Positions 27,101 through 28,514 of a stretch of DNA of 28,514 nucleotides are shown here, in pieces (positions within the stretch are counted from its first letter, which is position 1; each line of letters opens with the position of its first letter). Under the pieces are notes generated by a model. That model was not told the origin of the DNA. It saw only the letters and a list, made by a program, of their open reading frames with translations, and ran no database searches. The stretch is taken from positions 1-28,514 of the forward strand of contig CAYSHM010000031.1 of assembly GCA_964430885.1 (NCBI GenBank). The letters run 5' to 3'. The translations under genes were made by a program, and so were the position numbers. This DNA comes from an uncultured archaeon (GTDB lineage: Archaea; Thermoplasmatota; Penumbrarchaeia; JASLWR01).

Positions 27101-27757
27101 GGATTCAGCGAAAGTGTCAAGGTTCAGATCACAAGCAGAACACAAGGATCGGGTAATGCCAATGGAGGGAAGAAAACCGGCAACGACAAAACCGGTGAGG
27201 AAAGTGGTGTCTCGACTTTCCTAAAAGAATGGTGGTGGATCATAGCAATCGTGTTGGGTATATTTCTTATCGTTCTGATTTTAATGAATTTTATTGTCAG
27301 CAAAAGAAGGAACGAGGCTGAGCAGGAGGAGGTCCGTCAGAAAAAACTAGAGAAGAAGCAGAGCCAGATCTACGTACCATATTCCACTGGGAGATATTCA
27401 GATTCAAGTCCATCTTATGATAGTTACCAACCCAATGGTACAGATATGTATAACAACCCATCATATGATTCCCAATCAGATAATACCGCAGTGTTCCAGG
27501 GTTATGAACAACCGGTTAAAACCAATACTCAAATCGCAGTTAGTTCCCCTGACAATTCATCAGGAATGCCTCAAATAATACAGAATGGATCTCTGCCTGC
27601 TTCTGATAATGGGCCAGAAATGGAGAATTCCAATGCCGTTCCAGATCAACCTGGGACTCCATATACATTACCTGTTACCACCGAGAGTACTGACAATTCC
27701 TCACGGTCGGCAGAAAAGCCAGTATTGCTCTCTCTTCCACCTCCACCTTCCCATTAA
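24194..27757 (+). CDS. Large type I membrane surface protein: jelly-roll domain, FN3/Ig-like repeats, PKD domain, TM helix, Tyr/Ser/Pro-rich tail
   Basis: Signal or anchor peptide; INGDFEEGDFTGW...MDNIWL domain; DGIYYWRVRTKD and DGIWYFHIIACD repeats; D.EGDELSYTW...FSEPGDY PKD unit; TM WWWIIAIVLGIFLIVLILMNFIV-SKRR. Confidence 0.85.
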   Translation: MGIDRMRAKPLENDARSGLIILMIVIISILIVPFGGTKLGRSVEKDMSAKIQDPSFIDASQNVPGRTRFAKTFIEDFNTVDYIDGRYTTGAVKVDRGVADMWAEPIINGDFEEGDFTGWTLHRVQGGSNPTNCEIRSGSPDSPGNYYLYFYSNYQYGCHFKVISEPFLATANYLHYWFDGYDDDEYGYGFQIFEEGNENNYHFFEDRYALTWGGAGDGNNGGASGQRTKAIPGSLQGRQCRLAIWLGEGGSGDWGRMHMDNIWLSDSQGNPISMNAETGGNMKYIQSRPLINTWKSVGAARLTYYEYTPAGTDITYNITVDGENWFNVINGSIILFEDIASQLIWNATLTTSHLDISPYIDKIVVDYDYVSDPEPYTPSSKHWVGSSNPKLRWNFTDPDIGDEQSHYYVEVFKDPWMNQMVYNTTWVESETAEHTVTESQDDGIYYWRVRTKDVYNAHSNFSVLKKIMVDATQPIGNITIEDGAVSVNDQLVNIDLYAEDHGSGMDKMQIISDTGVAQQWEPYKTEKRIALSPTDGLKTVGVRFRDHAGIISEIFNDTIYLDYRGPGDINISSLTHPDPERYFSNTEPVFQWEKPMEITGIKGYSYLVDNAPTSEPDKEEIITNSGSMNSTIPGEFTGLNDGIWYFHIIACDIYDQWSNASHFQFNIDSTIPIYTNLLPSKTQWFKSKNVECSIEFEDKGGFGLDLDTIEYKYKRNNDTDFSSWMSDKIEIDILKNGIKQNPAKVSFSVILPFQEGSGNRIKWRINDISGNGPLESDEGHVNVDLTPPNFSDPSPSGDAYSNRETVNCKILIQDIGSGVAGDSIQYSLSFAGIDEANFGNWTNVNSTDDSEQIEVDLNIRFSPGKDNYIKWRAKDRVRNPYSESEPILVWVNSPPVPIIRSPLSVVVNKEFKLDSNGTFDNEGDELSYTWKIKNRTTKELLFEDDGPSITYSFSEPGDYIIYLIVDDGKGFSESVKVQITSRTQGSGNANGGKKTGNDKTGEESGVSTFLKEWWWIIAIVLGIFLIVLILMNFIVSKRRNEAEQEEVRQKKLEKKQSQIYVPYSTGRYSDSSPSYDSYQPNGTDMYNNPSYDSQSDNTAVFQGYEQPVKTNTQIAVSSPDNSSGMPQIIQNGSLPASDNGPEMENSNAVPDQPGTPYTLPVTTESTDNSSRSAEKPVLLSLPPPPSH

Positions 27758-27863
27758 TTGTATTTTTCAGGAAAAATAATTAAAATTTAAATCCAAATAA
27801 GGTATAGGCAGAATTTTCGATTCGATGATAATTAATATTATTACAATTAAAGGTGGATTTGAT

Positions 27864-28514
27864 ATGGTTAAGCTCCTTCTAGAAGATAGTATTTCTCGTT
27901 TGATAGCATTGTTAACTGTTTTGTTATTTCTAGCCATGGCTATCTCAGTTGGATCCTTGGATTTCGAGACGCAGGATGAGAATGTTCTAATCATTAGATC
28001 GGCCGATGGTGAAGGGAAAAACACCCTAGCTTCAAAGGAGAGCAGGGGCAGTTACGGCAATATCTTCGTGGAGATCTTTGAGAACAATGATCATATTGAC
28101 AAGGATAAGACAACTGCTTTGGTTCGAACCATGGACCAGCGGTTATATTTATGGGGTACTGGTCCTATCATACCACCTAGCTATGATAATACTATGAATA
28201 TCGATACGAAATCTCATGGCGGAGGTTTCAGCCCTAAGTATAACGAGTACTGGTATCCGCAATGGTCGGGCTCCACCATTTACCGTTATGATATCAATAG
28301 AAATTATATTGGCACCTTCAACAGCGGACAGAGCACTATTATGCAGCTTTGGGGTGATAAGGACGGCACCTACTACACCGCCAATTACAATAATGACCGG
28401 GTTTGTAAGTGGGGGGATATGAATAACAACCAAATATGGTCCACCCATCTTGGATCAAGTTACTATGTGAACGGGGTTTGCTGCGATGAGGATTATGTCT
28501 ATGCAATGAAATAT
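27864..28514 (+). CDS. Secreted surface protein (partial, runs off the window); paralog of the upstream gene with a beta-propeller-like domain
   Basis: ATG 27864 with AAGGTGG SD; open to the window end. Reads MVKLLLEDSISRLIALLTVLLFLAMAISVGS...ESRGSYGNIFVEIFENNDHIDKDKTTALV...WGDKDGTYYTANYNNDRVCKW...GVCCDEDYVYAMKY. Missing from the ORF track because it has no stop in the window. Confidence 0.85.
   Translation, partial: MVKLLLEDSISRLIALLTVLLFLAMAISVGSLDFETQDENVLIIRSADGEGKNTLASKESRGSYGNIFVEIFENNDHIDKDKTTALVRTMDQRLYLWGTGPIIPPSYDNTMNIDTKSHGGGFSPKYNEYWYPQWSGSTIYRYDINRNYIGTFNSGQSTIMQLWGDKDGTYYTANYNNDRVCKWGDMNNNQIWSTHLGSSYYVNGVCCDEDYVYAMKY

Overview
Archaeal chromosomal segment, most likely Thermoplasmatota-like (inference). 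Evidence: a C1-G72 tRNA-Tyr with a bulge-helix-bulge intron, GGTGA Shine-Dalgarno sites and TATA/oligo-T signals. About two-thirds of the window encodes five very large secreted proteins; the four complete ones are C-terminally anchored. Their domains include an FG-GAP propeller, CARDB/Ig/FN3/PKD repeats, jelly-roll domains and a degenerate PHP domain. Housekeeping genes lie between them: a CYTH/CyaB enzyme, a 6-oxopurine-type MTAP-family phosphorylase coupled to a DNPH1/Rcl-like glycosidase, acylphosphatase, a K+-dependent membrane pyrophosphatase and purA. No mobile element or CRISPR array was seen. Main signals: (1) an unannotated two-hairpin box H/ACA guide RNA at about 14509-14649 whose pockets match two peptidyl-transferase-centre uridines of 23S rRNA; (2) a membrane pyrophosphatase fused to a signal peptide and a ~200-aa extracellular domain; (3) short motifs shared among the giant surface proteins (LD-like helix and SLPPPP in the cytoplasmic tails, [ST]R after a propeptide), suggesting a common maturation and docking system; (4) a PHP pseudo-enzyme; (5) an intact acylphosphatase with no canonical start codon.
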